Shown here: one piece after another, positions 51,141 to 64,000 of the stretch
Numbering within the stretch: the first letter of the stretch is position 1
Layout of the letters: each line of letters begins with the position of its first letter
From: Yuukianura sp. NJ FZ-2021
Taxonomy: Eukaryota
Assembly (NCBI GenBank): GCA_046563655.1
Contig: CM102289.1
Location: forward strand, 8,556,001-8,620,000
Reading direction: 5' to 3'
DNA length: 64,000 nucleotides
Translations under genes and position numbers: made by a program
The notes under the pieces: model-generated
Databases searched by the model: none
What the model was told of the DNA's origin: nothing
The model's input: only the letters and a program-made list of their open reading frames with translations

Positions 51141-51924
51141 TTTGAAAAAGTGGGGCCGAACGGGTTGGTACAACTAACTAATTATTGCTGTAAAGTTTGT
51201 GCCACTCAATGAGAAATTACAACATTTGAGAACATGAATCAATATAGTGTCCCTCATACTTCGCGTTTTGCTACAAATGCCCCCGCTCAAAAAAGAAGAT
51301 TCTTCTTTTTTCCTATCTCCTCTGCATTGGAGTTGAGAGAGAGGGAACCCGTCCCAACCTAGTTTGAGTGAGAGCGAGTGAACGAAAACTTGGTTGGGTC
51401 TCCTAACAAATCAGTGCATATGCATTTTGTATTTGTTCTAGAAAATGACTGTTGTTTGGAAAAATACAAAATACAAAATAGGGCGTATTTCTTTGATTTT
51501 GACAGTTATAAAAATCTTCCCGCGCTTTTATGTTCAAAGTTCATCCCGCCCAAAACAATCTCACTAATTCTCAAACATCAAGATGAAATTTCTAAGGAAC
51601 ACAAACCCGCGTAAACTTAAATTTCTTTCCAAAATTCTGTTTTTGTTTTTCGAAAAATGAATTAAAAAATCGAGCTGAACTGAGGATTAAGTGCTAAAAA
51701 GTAAAACAGTAAAGCAATTCGAATTCACTGTGACTCATTCACTCATTAATTGGTGTTTCAGATTCAATCTGAAGCCGCGTCAAGGTTATAATTAAGGCGT
51801 TATATCTATTTCTGCATTTCAGGTGTTGTAATAATCAAATTTCGGCCCAAAAGCGAAACGTAAGCTTTTCAATACTTCTTCAATGTTATTTTGTCTTAAT
51901 TACATATTAATTTTGACAGTAGAG

Positions 51925-54389
51925 ATGCCTAGAGATCGAGATCATCGTGGAGCTACAGAAGAGGCTTCGAGAGAACGACATCGTGAAAGCGGAGCCCGAT
52001 ATGAAAAAGATGACAGAAGTAATCGCATAGAGAGAGAAGACAAACGAACATCTACTAAGAGACGTTATTCTGACGACGCAGAATCATCAAGACGGCGACG
52101 GTCCACGTCTAAATCAGGGCGGGATAGAAAAGAAAAAAAGTCAAAAAAGTCCAAGAAATCTAAACGACGACATCGGTCATCTTCATCTTCGTCAAATTCT
52201 TCTACTGATTCATTCCAGCTACTACTACGATTAGAAGAGGAACGTAAACGAAAAGCAGAAGAAGAAAAAAAGCGAAAGGAAGTTATGAAAGCACTGGAAA
52301 CTCCCGAAGAGAAGCGAATTCGTAGGCTTGCCAAGAAGGAGGACAAGGAAAGGCGACGGAAAGAAAGAATGGGATGGGACAACGAGTATTTGCATTACAC
52401 AAATACTGACAATCCATTCGGGGACCACAGTCTGCTGGACACATTTATGTGGAAAAAGAAATTGGAGAAGGATGGCATGGCTGACATTTCACATGAACAG
52501 GTTGAGAGAATCAATCGTCTAAAGCAAGAGGAAAACAAACGGGAGCTTGAAAAGGTGAAGAAACGACGTCTGGAACATGAACGTGAACGACAAACTCGTG
52601 AAGAAGAAGAAAGTTTAATTCAAAGGCAGAAAGAAGCTGCACAATTCAAAGAATGGGGAATGCAAGAGGACATTTTTCACTTGGAACAAGCAGCGCTACG
52701 TTCTAAAATTCGCATCAAGGACGGGAGAGGTAAGTTTTATAACAGTTTCTATAAGCGATTTGCATCTTTGATCTTCTGCTATAGAGAACGTAAATTATAC
52801 TCCAATTTGTGTTGCAGCTAAACCTATCGATTTGCTTGCCCAGTACATCAGTAACGAAGATGAAGTTGACGCAGTTGAGATGCACGAGCCGTATACATAT
52901 CTAAATGGGTTAACGATTAATGACTTGGAAGACTTGCTTGAAGATATTAAGGTAAGCTAAGCATTTAGAAATCGAAAGAAGAAGATTTGTGTCGATAAGA
53001 GATAACTGTTCGGTTGGTTATAGGTTTATGAGCAAGTTCAACATGGAAAAAATCTGAGTTACTGGAACGACATCACTGTCATTGTGGAAGATGAACTTCG
53101 GAAACTACGAAAATTGGAACAAGATGACGATTACCGCGTGGCCTTAGAACGACGAGAAGGAATCAATCCCTCAGTTGCCCAAGATGTCGCAGCAGTGTTC
53201 AAGGGAAAGACTGCCGAGCAACTGCAAGCCCTCAAAGCCCAAATTCAATCAAAACTGGACGGGTCAACATCGGGCGTTGACATTTCCTACTGGGAGTCAC
53301 TTTTATCACAACTGAAAGCCCACATCGCTCGAGCCCAGCTAAGAGATCGTCATCAGGAAAACTTACGTCGAAAGTTGGAGCTACTGAAAGCCGAACAAGG
53401 AGTGGAGGAGGAGGAGCGAAATGCAGTTTCATCCGAAGCGAGGAGTCCACAACCCGGAACGTCGTCATCTGTAAAACCAGATCCAGATTCTACTGCAATC
53501 GACGCGAAGGAAGATGAAAAGTCTCAAGATTCTGTTCCTACTGAAGAGTCTGAAAGAGAAGAAGATGAGGAGGAAGATGACATTGTTGACGAATGTCTTT
53601 GCAAGTACCTTCAAGGAAACTACAGTCCAGTCCTTATCACGCAAGATGAAATTGAGCCAGGAATTTTTGTTATTGGGGAAGATGAGGACAATGTTCGATT
53701 GGATTTGGCACGGCGGCAAGTTTTGAATGCAGGTGCAAAAGTGGAGAACGTTTGGACGGCAGAGGAGAAGGCACTTCAGCAGGAAGCTAAAAAGGGAATG
53801 ACCAATGATGAAGCTACTTTCTCCGTGGAGACGCCGTTGGAGCAAATCTATCTTTGGTCAGACAAGTATCGACCAAGGAAACCTCGATATTTCAACAGGT
53901 AAGTTTAGATGAATCTTATGTAGCAGGCTTTTGATTTTATAACTAATTTTAAAATTTTACAGAGTTCATACCGGATTTGAGTGGAACAAGTACAACCAAA
54001 CCCATTACGATATGGACAATCCTCCGCCGAAGATCGTGCAAGGATACAAGTTCAACATTTTCTTTCCAGATATTATCGACAAGCATCTGACACCACAGTA
54101 TCATCTGGTACGTTTGTAAATTAACTAGCAATTTCGTTCTTTTACCGCCGCCGTTTTGTTGTTAATGCATGATTTAATAATGTGTTTGATTATATTTCAG
54201 ACCGCATGTGCAGATAACCCGGATTTTGCTATTCTGCGATTCCAAGCTGGTCCACCATATGAGGACATTGCCTTTAAAATCGTGAACAGGGAGTGGGAAT
54301 ACTCGTATAAGCGGGGCTTTCGATGTCAGTTCCAAAACAACATCTTCCAATTGTGGTTCCACTTCAAGCGATACAGATATCGAAGATAA
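51925..54389 (+). CDS. cactin: Cactin (spliceosome C* factor), 5 coding exons
   Basis: ETPEEKRIRRLAKK, YTNTDNPFGD, LRSKIRIKDGRAKPIDLL, WSDKYRPRKPRYFNR and AGPPYEDIAFKIVNREWEYS..LWFHFKRYRYRR. Confidence 0.97.
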
Positions 54390-54590
54390 GGTTAACAGGA
54401 TCAGCAGTGTTATATTGTCGGATATCACTACCAAGTGGTACACCGCTACACATATTCACAGTTATACAGTCATCAACATTTTTAATACTGACGAAAACAT
54501 GGTTTGATTTCTGTCTTCTCCAATTGACGAATTTTGAACCGTCTATAAACTTGAACGTTACAATGTGATGTAATTTTTAGACTAAATTAT

Positions 54591-55507
54591 TTATACTGGA
54601 GTAGTGGTATCCAGTTTCAGGTTAAATTCTTCGTGGATGTAACGATTACGATCACCAGAAGTGTCTACTAGGATGAGACGAAGACTGTCTTTTGCTTTCA
54701 AACTCTCCGCGGAATTTAGCAAGAAGGCATAGAAATGGCGCCCTTCAACTCTTTCATAGAATTTACGACACTCTTCGGCTGCCAAGTGACGACTTCCAGG
54801 TTTACTCCCATCAAATGCTGTTAATTCAAATTGGATTTTGAAAATTCGAAATTGAAATTTTGAAAAATGGAAGTCATGGGCTTACCGTGCAATGTGGCTG
54901 GAATTCCTTGTATTGGTAGAGAACAGTAAGTCTTGCGCAGTTTGAAAAAGTTTTCTATCGGCGCATGGTAAAAGGCACCGTTGTCAACTAATCTACAGGT
55001 AAACGATTGGAGATCTTTCTTAAACGGCTTCACTATTTCACATCTGTAAGGAATTAACTGTGCATTTATATTTAACTTTATTTAAATTAGTTAAGCTTAA
55101 TTAACTAACCTTAGCCATTTCTTTGGTTTATCTTCAGAGACGTACTTCACTGCATAGAATCCGCCCAACTCTAGTTCGTCAAGATGGCGGCCGCCTTTTT
55201 CATAAGCGTCATACCACTCCGTCATTCCCATTTCTAAATCCTCAAGGCATTTTGAAGTACGGTAATCAGTCACCTGTAAGTTCAAATTCAGTTGTTCTGT
55301 TAAAAATTTTGAAACTGAATTGTAGAATTTTGTTCAAATTTTTCATAATTTTGTTTATCATTTTACATGAAAGTTCCACGGTGAAACAGCATTTCGTATT
55401 ACAACGCTCATTTCTACCGGTGAAGAGTCCTTAAACGTATAAACCGGATTCATGCGCAGTGGCTCCAAAGGACTCACAAAGTCCATCTCCATTGTGCTTC
55501 TGCGCAT
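54591..55507 (-). CDS. Small protein consisting of one extended Tudor domain, 4 exons
   Basis: AVSPWNFHV, helix, GGFYAVKY, KWLRCEI, LVDNG, LRKTYCSLPIQGIPATL and LILVDTS..YIHEEF follow the eTudor (Tudor-SN) layout. Confidence 0.8.
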
Positions 55508-56334
55508 ACGGTAACGCGTAAATTTTAAGTTTTACACTCAACAGAATTACAGAATCGCAAAAAGTTAGAAATGAATAACACTTTTTTTAAATTTTACGCA
55601 AGTTTACGTACCTGTTTGGTAAGATTGAAAATACTTTTGCAGGTATCGATATTTTTGTAACTTAATGTTACAAAATTGTTGAATTTGCACAATGCTAAAC
55701 TTGTTACAGTGTTTGTGCAATGAAAACTGGTGTTTTGTGGTGTATCACATAACCTATTTCCCTCATGTTTTCACTATCCTCTGCTTCTTGTCAATCTGCT
55801 TATTGCTAAAACAGATTAAATTATAGCACTTTTTTTGCCAACATTCCTTCCGCTATACCCCTCTGCAGATTGTGCATCTTTTTGCAAATTCAGAGGCTCT
55901 TGTTGTTGTAAGTTGCTCATGCTGAAACACACTTTTTAGCACCGTCCATAACTCATCTTCTCACCTGTAAAAACATTTTGTAGCCACAAGCATCAGGCAG
56001 CATCCCCATCGCATTATTACAAGTATGGTATACTAACTTCTTTGAGGTGGGCAGTAATCTCTTTCATCATGAACTTCATTTTGTTCAGGGAATTGGTTCT
56101 GGTTGATGAAATTTGCAACTTTATACAATCTTTGCAAAATTTATACCTTCCCTACTTGAAAAATGTCTGTTTCAAAATACTTCATCAGAATTGTATCGCA
56201 AACATTGTTCTACATATGCTGATACTTGATTTGGCAACTTAGTTTTTATTGAGCTTTGTGGTTTTGTTACTCTTTAGTTTGTAATAAATTTTAGTTCTTA
56301 TAATTTTTTGTTATAATAATTTTAATAATTGAGG

Positions 56335-59300
56335 TCATGACCCCTCCCAGTCCTTGAGAATTATGTCACTGCCAACTTCTCCGACCATAATAGCCGGAAT
56401 ATTTGTATTGGCATTGGGGATTACCGGCATTATACTTGCATCTACTACTCGTAAACCCGTAGTTTTTAGTACTCTGCAACACAAGAGTAAAGTTTTTGAA
56501 AAATTTTAGTTCTTAAATTTTTCAATTTTGAAAACTTTTTTCAAAACTACCTTAGTTTTGAGTCTACAACTGCTCTAGGATCTTCCGGCCCTCTGCCCAT
56601 GGCTGCTGTTCCAACAGGATGGTAAATTCTAATGCCAAATTTTTAAAGTTTCGAAATTTTTAAAACTAGTTTGGAATTAAAAAAAAAATTTACAATTTTT
56701 TTTTAAATTTTACGTCATAGTTATATGGCGAAGGTAGCATTCGTAGTAAGCATCGCTTTTGAATGGCACTGACTCACATCCAGGAAACGGTTTCACCAGA
56801 CGAGCATTTAAACGTCTGTACGTCGTCGTATTTTCAAACATGTCCACCAGTATTCTAATACCTGAAAAGTACACAGTACTACTGGTTGACTTTCATTTTA
56901 CAAATTAATTTGAAAATCTGAAATTTTGAAAAATTTTGTCAAAAAGCTAAAATTTTGCACTTGCCTTCTACAGATGCTTTCATGTCATCCGGATGCTGGA
57001 AGTAGTTTGGTTGCATAATTGGTGGATCGTTGGGATTTTGACTAGCAAGTTTAACATATCCTATGGATTTAGGACGCTGAAGTGAAACGCCTATAAAGTT
57101 AGCGTCTTTTTCCAGCCCCGTTTCTTCATTAAGGTCTTCCTTAAAATACTTGTGCAGTAGATCTGCCTTGATATTGTAAATGTGCTGCAGCATTTCCGGC
57201 ATTCCGCGAATCACACCCAGCGGAAGCATTGTGTACTGGACATCGGGCCAACTATGATCATAGTTTCTTACGGCAGTAGAAACGTACCCAACAGCACCCT
57301 GCGCAGTAGATACCAACACGCCTGCGCAGAACCCGAAAATTATCAAATTTATTTTTGATAAGTTTTTAGGTTGCTTTAAATTTTTACCTTCCCGATTCAC
57401 AACAAAGTTGACAGCCGAACTGATCTTAACTGTGCGTTTGAGTAGGATTGACTCCTCAGCATCCAATCGAATTGGACCTAACAATGTTAGCATATGATCC
57501 TGCAGATTTTGGCCAACAGGCAGGTCAACCAAATTTCGAATCTGAAAATTCAAAAAAAAAAAAAAGCAGGCAATAATTTAAAATTCTCAAATAAAATAAA
57601 AACAAGGCAGGGCGATGCTCAATGGTTGAGCATAGGTCTTCTGGAGGGAGTTGGCAATTGATAAGGTTTTTACACCGGCTGTCCGCAAACGCAAGAAAAA
57701 CGTTAAGAAACTGTTTTCACGAGATTTATGCAACGAAACGTGGCTCATAATTTTCAGTGGAGATATGGGGCCTTTTTGTGCACAATTGCACCAAAATGCG
57801 AAAAAACCGTTTGCATAAAAATGTTGTTCAAGGTTAGCTCAGATTTCACTCTGTTCAAATTTTTTAAAAAGTTAAAAATTTACTATAATAAGTATTCTAT
57901 TTACCTTGATGAAAATCACTCTTTTTAAATAACATAATTCCAAATTCCAAAAAGTTAAAAGTTTAGTAGGAAAATCACTCTTTCTAATCAACTAAATTCC
58001 AAATTCCAAAAAGTTAAAAGTTTAGTAGGAAAATCACTCTTTCTAATCAACTAAATTCTAAATTCCAAAAAGTTAAAAGTTTAGTAGGAAAATCACTCTT
58101 TCTAATCAACTAAATTCGAAATTCCAAAAAGTTAAAAGTTTAGTAGGAAAGTCACTCTTTCTAATCAACTAAATTCGAAATTCCAAAAAGTTAAAAGTTT
58201 AGTAGGAAAATCACTCTTTCTAATCAACTAAATTCGAAATTCCAAAAAGTTAAAAGTTTAGTAGGAAAGTCACTCTTTCTAATCAACTAAATTCCAAATT
58301 CCAAAAAGTTAAAAGTTTAGTAGGAAAATCACTCTTTCTAATCAACTAAATTCCAAATTCCAAAAAGTTGAAAGTTTAGTGCGAAAATCACTCTTTCTAA
58401 TCAACTAAATTCCAAATTCCGAAAAGTTCAAAGTTTAGTAGGAAAATCACTCTTTCTAATCAACTAAATTCCAAAAAGTTAAAAGTTTAGTAGGAAAATC
58501 ATTTTTTTTAATCAACATAATTCCAAATTTCAAAAAGTTAAAAATTTAGTAGGAAAATCACTCTTTTTAATCAACATAATTCCAAATTTCAAAAAGTTAA
58601 AAATTTAGTAGGAAAATCACTCTTTTTAAATAACACAATTCCAGTGTATTGCAAAGTGTATTTTCAGAATCTACAAAGAATTTCATAAATTCGAAAATAT
58701 TAATATTAATATAACAACGTCCATTACCGAACGTCAAAATAACTGCACAATTCGACATTTGTGCATCTTACTTATAAGTGTGCAGAAAATTGAACGTTGA
58801 GTGGCAGGGGTCGAATATAGCTTTTTTAAAATCAAAATCGGTTCAAATATTACATGCAGCATGTGTTAAATCAAGTGCATAAGTAATAGAGTCGAATATC
58901 GCTTGCTAAAGTCTGAATTCTATAAAATTTCTTGCAGAAAAAGGCAAATTTGAACCCTGGCATGCACTGTTTACATGTTACCAATTTAAGCCGGATTTTC
59001 TACCCTCTAATCAGTCTTAATTTAAGAACGTAACTAAACATACTGCCAGAAAATTACCAGATCAAAACTCCGTTGTTTATAAATACGTTGAGTGCAATCG
59101 AAACCAAAACTGTTTTGCGGAGCCACGATACTGCGGGTACGTAAAGTAGCCCGCCAACTTTTGCGTTGTTAATTTAACACTTTGAGTGCAATGTATACCT
59201 AGTGAAAACACTTAAGCCGTAGATAACTCCCCGACTGCGACGGGGCTTACGTTTCAGGGGAAAGGGTCCTAAAAAACGTTACGGACGGACAGACAGACAG

Positions 59301-61198
59301 ACAAAGTCGTATCAATAGTCTTCTTCAGCATGTCGTAGACATGCGTCTCTAGAAGACTAAAATTGAAAAAAATTCTTTGTGAATTTACTCACCCCGACAG
59401 ATTTCAAATGCTCCCGAGGGCCAATTCCAGACAACATTAAAATTTTTGGTGTATCGAGAGCGCCTGCGCTGAGAATTACTTCTTTTGTGGCTTTAACAAA
59501 TCGACGTCTACCATGACGCATAAAAGTGACGCCATAAGCACGTCTATTTTCATCTAAGTGAACCTGATTTAAAAAAAATCCATTAAAAACATGTTTTAAC
59601 GCAACTTTCATCTTGATTTTTGCAAATCTTTAGAAAAATGTATTTAAAAATTTTGTTTTAAGGCAATTTTCATTTTGATTTTTAGCAAAATTTTCAAAAA
59701 ATGTGCCGTTTTCATTGGCTTACTTTGATTCCGCGTGAGTAACGATAGATAGTGAGATTTGTACGACTGAGGATTGGTTTAATGTAGCCTTGGTAAGTAC
59801 CCCATCGGAGTCCATTTTTCATTGTCACAACATTGGTGGAAAATCCTGAAAGAGTAAAATATAAAATTTCATAAGATATCAAACATGTTTGACAACTTTG
59901 AAATTTCAGCAGTCAAGGTGCAATATGGTCATAACGTTTCAAAATCTATGCAATTACAGGAAGAACCTAAACTAATTTGTAATTCAAAATGCATCAACAT
60001 TATTTTTTTTTTTGGAAAATGAAGAAATTGTGAATTTTTATAAATTGATTATAAGTTAAACTTTTTGTTACCACTTGTCTGCTGTGCTGATGAATCTTTG
60101 ATGGGGTAGCCCTTCTCCTTTGCTGCATTGAGGAAATACTTTTCCATGTAATTTTGTTTTACTGTTTCCACATGAATTGGACCGCCACGCCCATGAAATT
60201 CAGCTGAAATTGGCAATTCCAGTCATAATTATTCAATAATTAATGAAAACAAATTACTGGAATTTTTTTTCTAAAACTTAGATATTTTTTGCTTTTTTAG
60301 AGAAAATTAAATTTTTCTACCGCTTGGAAAAGCGCCTTCATAATCCTCCAACTTTTTGAAATATGGCAACACGTTTTTCCATTTCCAGCGCGGATCTCCA
60401 GTAATGTTGGCCCAGTTGTCATAGTCTTTGGGATTCCCGCGCTGGTAAATCATGGCATTCAAATTGCTTGACCCGCCCAAACCAACTCCACGCGGCCAAA
60501 ACACTCTCTGGAAATAAACATAAGCATAATTTAAACCTTGACCTTGCATTAATTCATAACCAAAACTGGCTTCTTTTGAGTGCGAGGTCAAAGGTCAAAC
60601 CTGATTATGTAGTGCAAGTGCTGCATTATGTTGTGGTTCTGTTTCATAAAGAAGGTCAGTGCTGGGGGCCCTTTGAAGCAAATAGAAACTTATCCCTAAT
60701 CGTGAAATTGGATTCGGATCGCCTCCGAGTTCCAGCAAAAGAACTTTGTGTTTCAACGAAAGTCGATTTGCCACTACACAACCGGCTGAACCACCTCCAA
60801 CTACAAAAACAAAAACAAAATTTAAAACCGGATCCAAAATATGAAAATTTTGACGACGTCAAATGTCTGCGTACCAACTCAAATAATAATTGTCCAGACG
60901 AGTGTTTTTTTCAATTTTAATAAAGTTTTAGGGATTTTTTGTTTGAATATTTACAAATTTCGAAATTTCCTGTACGGAAAAAGTTATGCACAATTGTTTT
61001 CATACCAATAACAAAATCGAATTCTTCCGGTACGCGTGGATTCTGCATTCTCCAGGCGGCTGACTGTATAAAATCGGCGCTCTGCATAACTCCAGCGTAG
61101 AATGTAAGCCAGAATGGAATTGTGAGTACAAATGGAATGGCAAGATGTGCTAGTGTAGGATATGGAACGTCAAACATTGGACCCTGTGCTAAATCCAT
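56335..61198 (-). CDS. GMC oxidoreductase (glucose dehydrogenase-like), about 11 exons
   Basis: [81 protein letters not shown] and ANTNIP. Confidence 0.95.
57602..59358 (-). mobile_element. DINE-1/HINE-type non-autonomous Helentron (~1.76 kb) in a GMC intron
   Basis: On the minus strand: 5' subTIR GTCTTCTAGAG within a hairpin, (GTCT)n GTCC microsatellite, central tandem array, 3' subTIR CTCCAGAAGAC, stem-loop ATGCTCAA-CCA-TTGAGCAT, and an end CTTGT. T runs flank both sides. Confidence 0.8.
57911..58643. repeat. 59-bp minisatellite, about 12.5 copies
   Basis: Unit GAAAATCACTCTTTCTAATCAACTAAATTCCAAATTCCAAAAAGTTAAAAGTTTAGTAG; one copy has a 7-bp deletion. Confidence 0.97.
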
Positions 61199-62383
61199 TT
61201 TGAAATTTTAAGAACACAAATAAAAAGCTACAGGACTGTAAAGCAACTAATTCACTACTGAAAGCTCCTTTGCAATTTTTGGTGTGAAAACCACTGTGGG
61301 GGTCACTAACAACCAATTCTTGATTTCTCAAGGACAAACTACAGAGTTTACTAAAGACAAAAGCCAACTTATTCCAATTAACCAAATTTTAGTAAACTAG
61401 TTTTTTGGTCAACAATTCTCAGGAAATTTTAATTTTGTTAGATTCGATGCCCAATGGCTGCTGGAATAGTTAGGAAGCCAATTAAATTTTAGGGTTTTTA
61501 CGGTATTTAGGAAAAACCATAATTTTGCTTTCGTTTGTATGCACATATTGCTAGGCATTTTTGACAATAAACAGCACAAATCTTCGAAAAACGGCAAAAT
61601 AATTCATACTTTTGGTGGATTTTGGTTGGTCACGTGTCTAGCCAAGGGCTACGTGCAAAGTGGAAAGTTATAGTAAGAGTTTTACGACAGAAACTATGGG
61701 AAGACCTTGGGCAATTTGATTTTGACTTTAAAATTTATAACCTACAGTAGAGAAGAATAAAAATGAACTTTGTTAACCCAAATTTCCTTAAAATTCCCAC
61801 GCTCTGTTTCAAAATTTCAACATTTTTTGGAGCAACTTGGCATGGCACACAGGAAGTATGAATTCATTGGCACGAACTTTGCTGTAGGTGTGCCCGTATC
61901 CAACTCTGGTTCAATTTTTTCAAGCCATTTCTACATTGAAAGATTTTCAAAAAAAAAGTTTTACAAAGAATTTTCAAAAAACTTTTACGACCGTTTTTTG
62001 ACGTTCAAACAACGTCAATCCTTATTTTATTTTCTCTTAATTTTCTTATCAACGTCAATTGTGACTTGTTTGCTGATGTAATCCAGTCCGTGTGAACACT
62101 TATTTTTTCAAAACACTTTGCATCATATGCTAATTTGTGATAAAAAATATTGTGAAAATAACAAACATGAAGCAAGTGCGTCATTATTCCAATTTTTCTT
62201 TGTTTAATTGCCCAAAACTGGTCAACTTTCTTTCTACTTTCTCCAGTTTTAAACTCCTCCAGCCGAACACACTTTTCCTCCGTTAAATTTGAAACAAACG
62301 TTTCATAATTTCAAAATTTCTAGACTTTCATTGTTCCAAAATCCCAATTTTTTAAAAACTTCGTTTTTTAAAAAACTGACTTT

Positions 62384-63790
62384 ATGGAGAAAACGACACT
62401 TGAGCATTGCCTTCCGGTATTAACTTTACACCGACTTTGTGGAATTCTTCCACTGAAACTTATCCGTGGCGATTCTGATGAATCGGACGTGGGAAAAACA
62501 AGGGATGGACAAAAATTTGAAAAAGTCGCAGTAGCTGATGGGAAAAAATACTTCATTTTATCAGTCATTGCCTTTACATATTTGACTCTTCGTTTCTCCG
62601 CTATTATATTTGCGTTTCTTCCGAAATATTTGGGCGGAAGATTTCATACTGTTGAGATCATTTGCTTATGCTACGCAATCTCCTATGCCACTAGCACTTT
62701 TGTATTCTACTTCGTCTTTCGCATGAAAATTACCAAAGTTGTTAAATTTCTTAACAATTGGCATCAGTTGGAACTCGAAGTAATGAAATCAGATCCAGGT
62801 TGAAATCAAGCAAAAAAAAACTTGTTTTTTTTAAATATTTATATCAAATTTTGAATTATATATTTATATTAATTTTTTATATTAGATATCAGTTTGTCTT
62901 CAACTGGACTAAGTATGGCTCGCCGCTTACGCGTGATGGGTTTGCTGACTTCGCTAATACCAATTTCCGTTTTTGTACTAAAATCGGGCGGACTGGTGGA
63001 AGTGACCCATTCGTTCTGGATTTTTGATTTTCAAAATTTGGCGCCATCTTATGCCTCTACCATCATTTACTTTTTGACATGTCTAGAATCATTTGTTTTT
63101 GTTGAATTGGTTTCGTTCAGACTAGGGATTTTTGATGTCACATTTTTGGCTTTTCTAACAAGCTTTATCAAAATTTTGGAATCGTTGATTAACCTTGCCC
63201 ATGACGTTGGACATAACAGTACTCAAATTGTCATAAATGAATACATAGAAGAGGCAGGACATGAGCAAAAATCAAAACCCGAATCTGCACAGAAGTCGAA
63301 ATCTAGACTTGAGTACTTGGTTTGTACTTATGGATTGATGCTTGACTTGGTAACGACTTTTAATAGTACTTTCTCAAGTGTTGTTTTTAGTTTTAACATT
63401 TCAGCCATGATCAACATGTGTAGTTCAGGGTACGCTTGTGCCAGATTTTGGCGAGGAGCAAGCGCCAATGTGCTGGCGTTTTACTTTTGTGCAATATGTA
63501 TTTCTGCAGCTCGGTTTTACACAATGGTACTAATGATGGGCAAAGTCCATAGGTTGTCTAATACGCTAAAACGGGTGTTGCAGCAACACGTTTTAGTGAA
63601 CACAAAAAGCGGGTTTCTTGAACAAGGAAATTTGCCGGGCTCGGATCAAAATCAGATTGAAGATTTTCTGCAATGTTTCATCCCGTTGCAATTCTGGGCT
63701 GGCAAATTTTATGCCATTTCGTCGTCAACTATCCTCACAATATTTTCTGTTGCAGTTACAAACACCATCATGCTTTTGCAAATGTTTTAA
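62384..63790 (+). CDS. Gustatory receptor (7TM chemoreceptor family), 2 exons
   Basis: RLCGILP near the N-terminus, multiple TM segments, and C-terminal AGKFYAISSSTILTIFSVAVTNTIMLLQMF resembling the GR TYhhhhhQF motif. Confidence 0.85.
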
Positions 63791-64000
63791 AAAGTCAAGT
63801 TTTCATGAAACTCTAAAAAAAACACTGACTAAAAAAATAGAAGTAAATTGTAAATAGTAAATATTATACATAGAATAAAACTGAAATAAAGTCTATATTG
63901 GTGTTCAGTTTACAATTTTGTGTGTATGCTCCAAGGTTCGTAAACAAAAAATGTTTTGTCTACACCAGGTTGTCCTATAACTCGATGTTTTTCATTTGTT

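Noticed and set aside
55740..56240. Coding-like composition between the Tudor and GMC genes
   Set aside because: The frames I read contain stops and no recognisable motif; at most a decayed element.
57911..58643. CRISPR-like regular array
   Set aside because: Head-to-tail 59-bp units with no unique spacers and no cas genes, in a eukaryotic intron; it is a minisatellite.

Overview
This is gene-dense, AT-rich eukaryotic DNA with many short introns. The gene content points to an arthropod (DUF4803, a divergent nAChR, a gustatory receptor, a GMC oxidoreductase, a DINE-1-like element); a springtail-like basal hexapod is plausible but is inference only. By hand-splicing I find about 20 protein-coding genes. 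In order they are: a DUF4803 secreted protein, a divergent non-alpha nAChR subunit, two tandem ~50-aa secreted cationic peptides, a winged-helix orphan, a secreted protein built of exon-duplicated CxC-x10-CxC modules, a reduced CEP120, a galectin with a Pro/Gly/Tyr tail, mitochondrial SerRS, a compact Treslin/TICRR, an ABHD8 lacking its catalytic Ser, two low-complexity orphans, a C2HC zinc-finger gene, a divergent cyclin, thrombospondin, CKS, cactin, a single-Tudor protein, a GMC oxidoreductase and a gustatory receptor. Mobile DNA comprises a full-length intron-containing DD41D Tc1/mariner element inserted just upstream of the galectin ATG, a DINE-1/Helentron-type element carrying a 59-bp tandem array, and several MITEs. 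The most notable signals are (1) relaxed 5' splice-site usage: a GA-AG intron, one unresolved non-canonical junction and at least five GC-AG introns, with a run of micro-exons in thrombospondin; (2) the pair of candidate host-defence peptides; and (3) the new-looking Cys-module secreted protein. All family assignments come from recalled motifs, not database searches.
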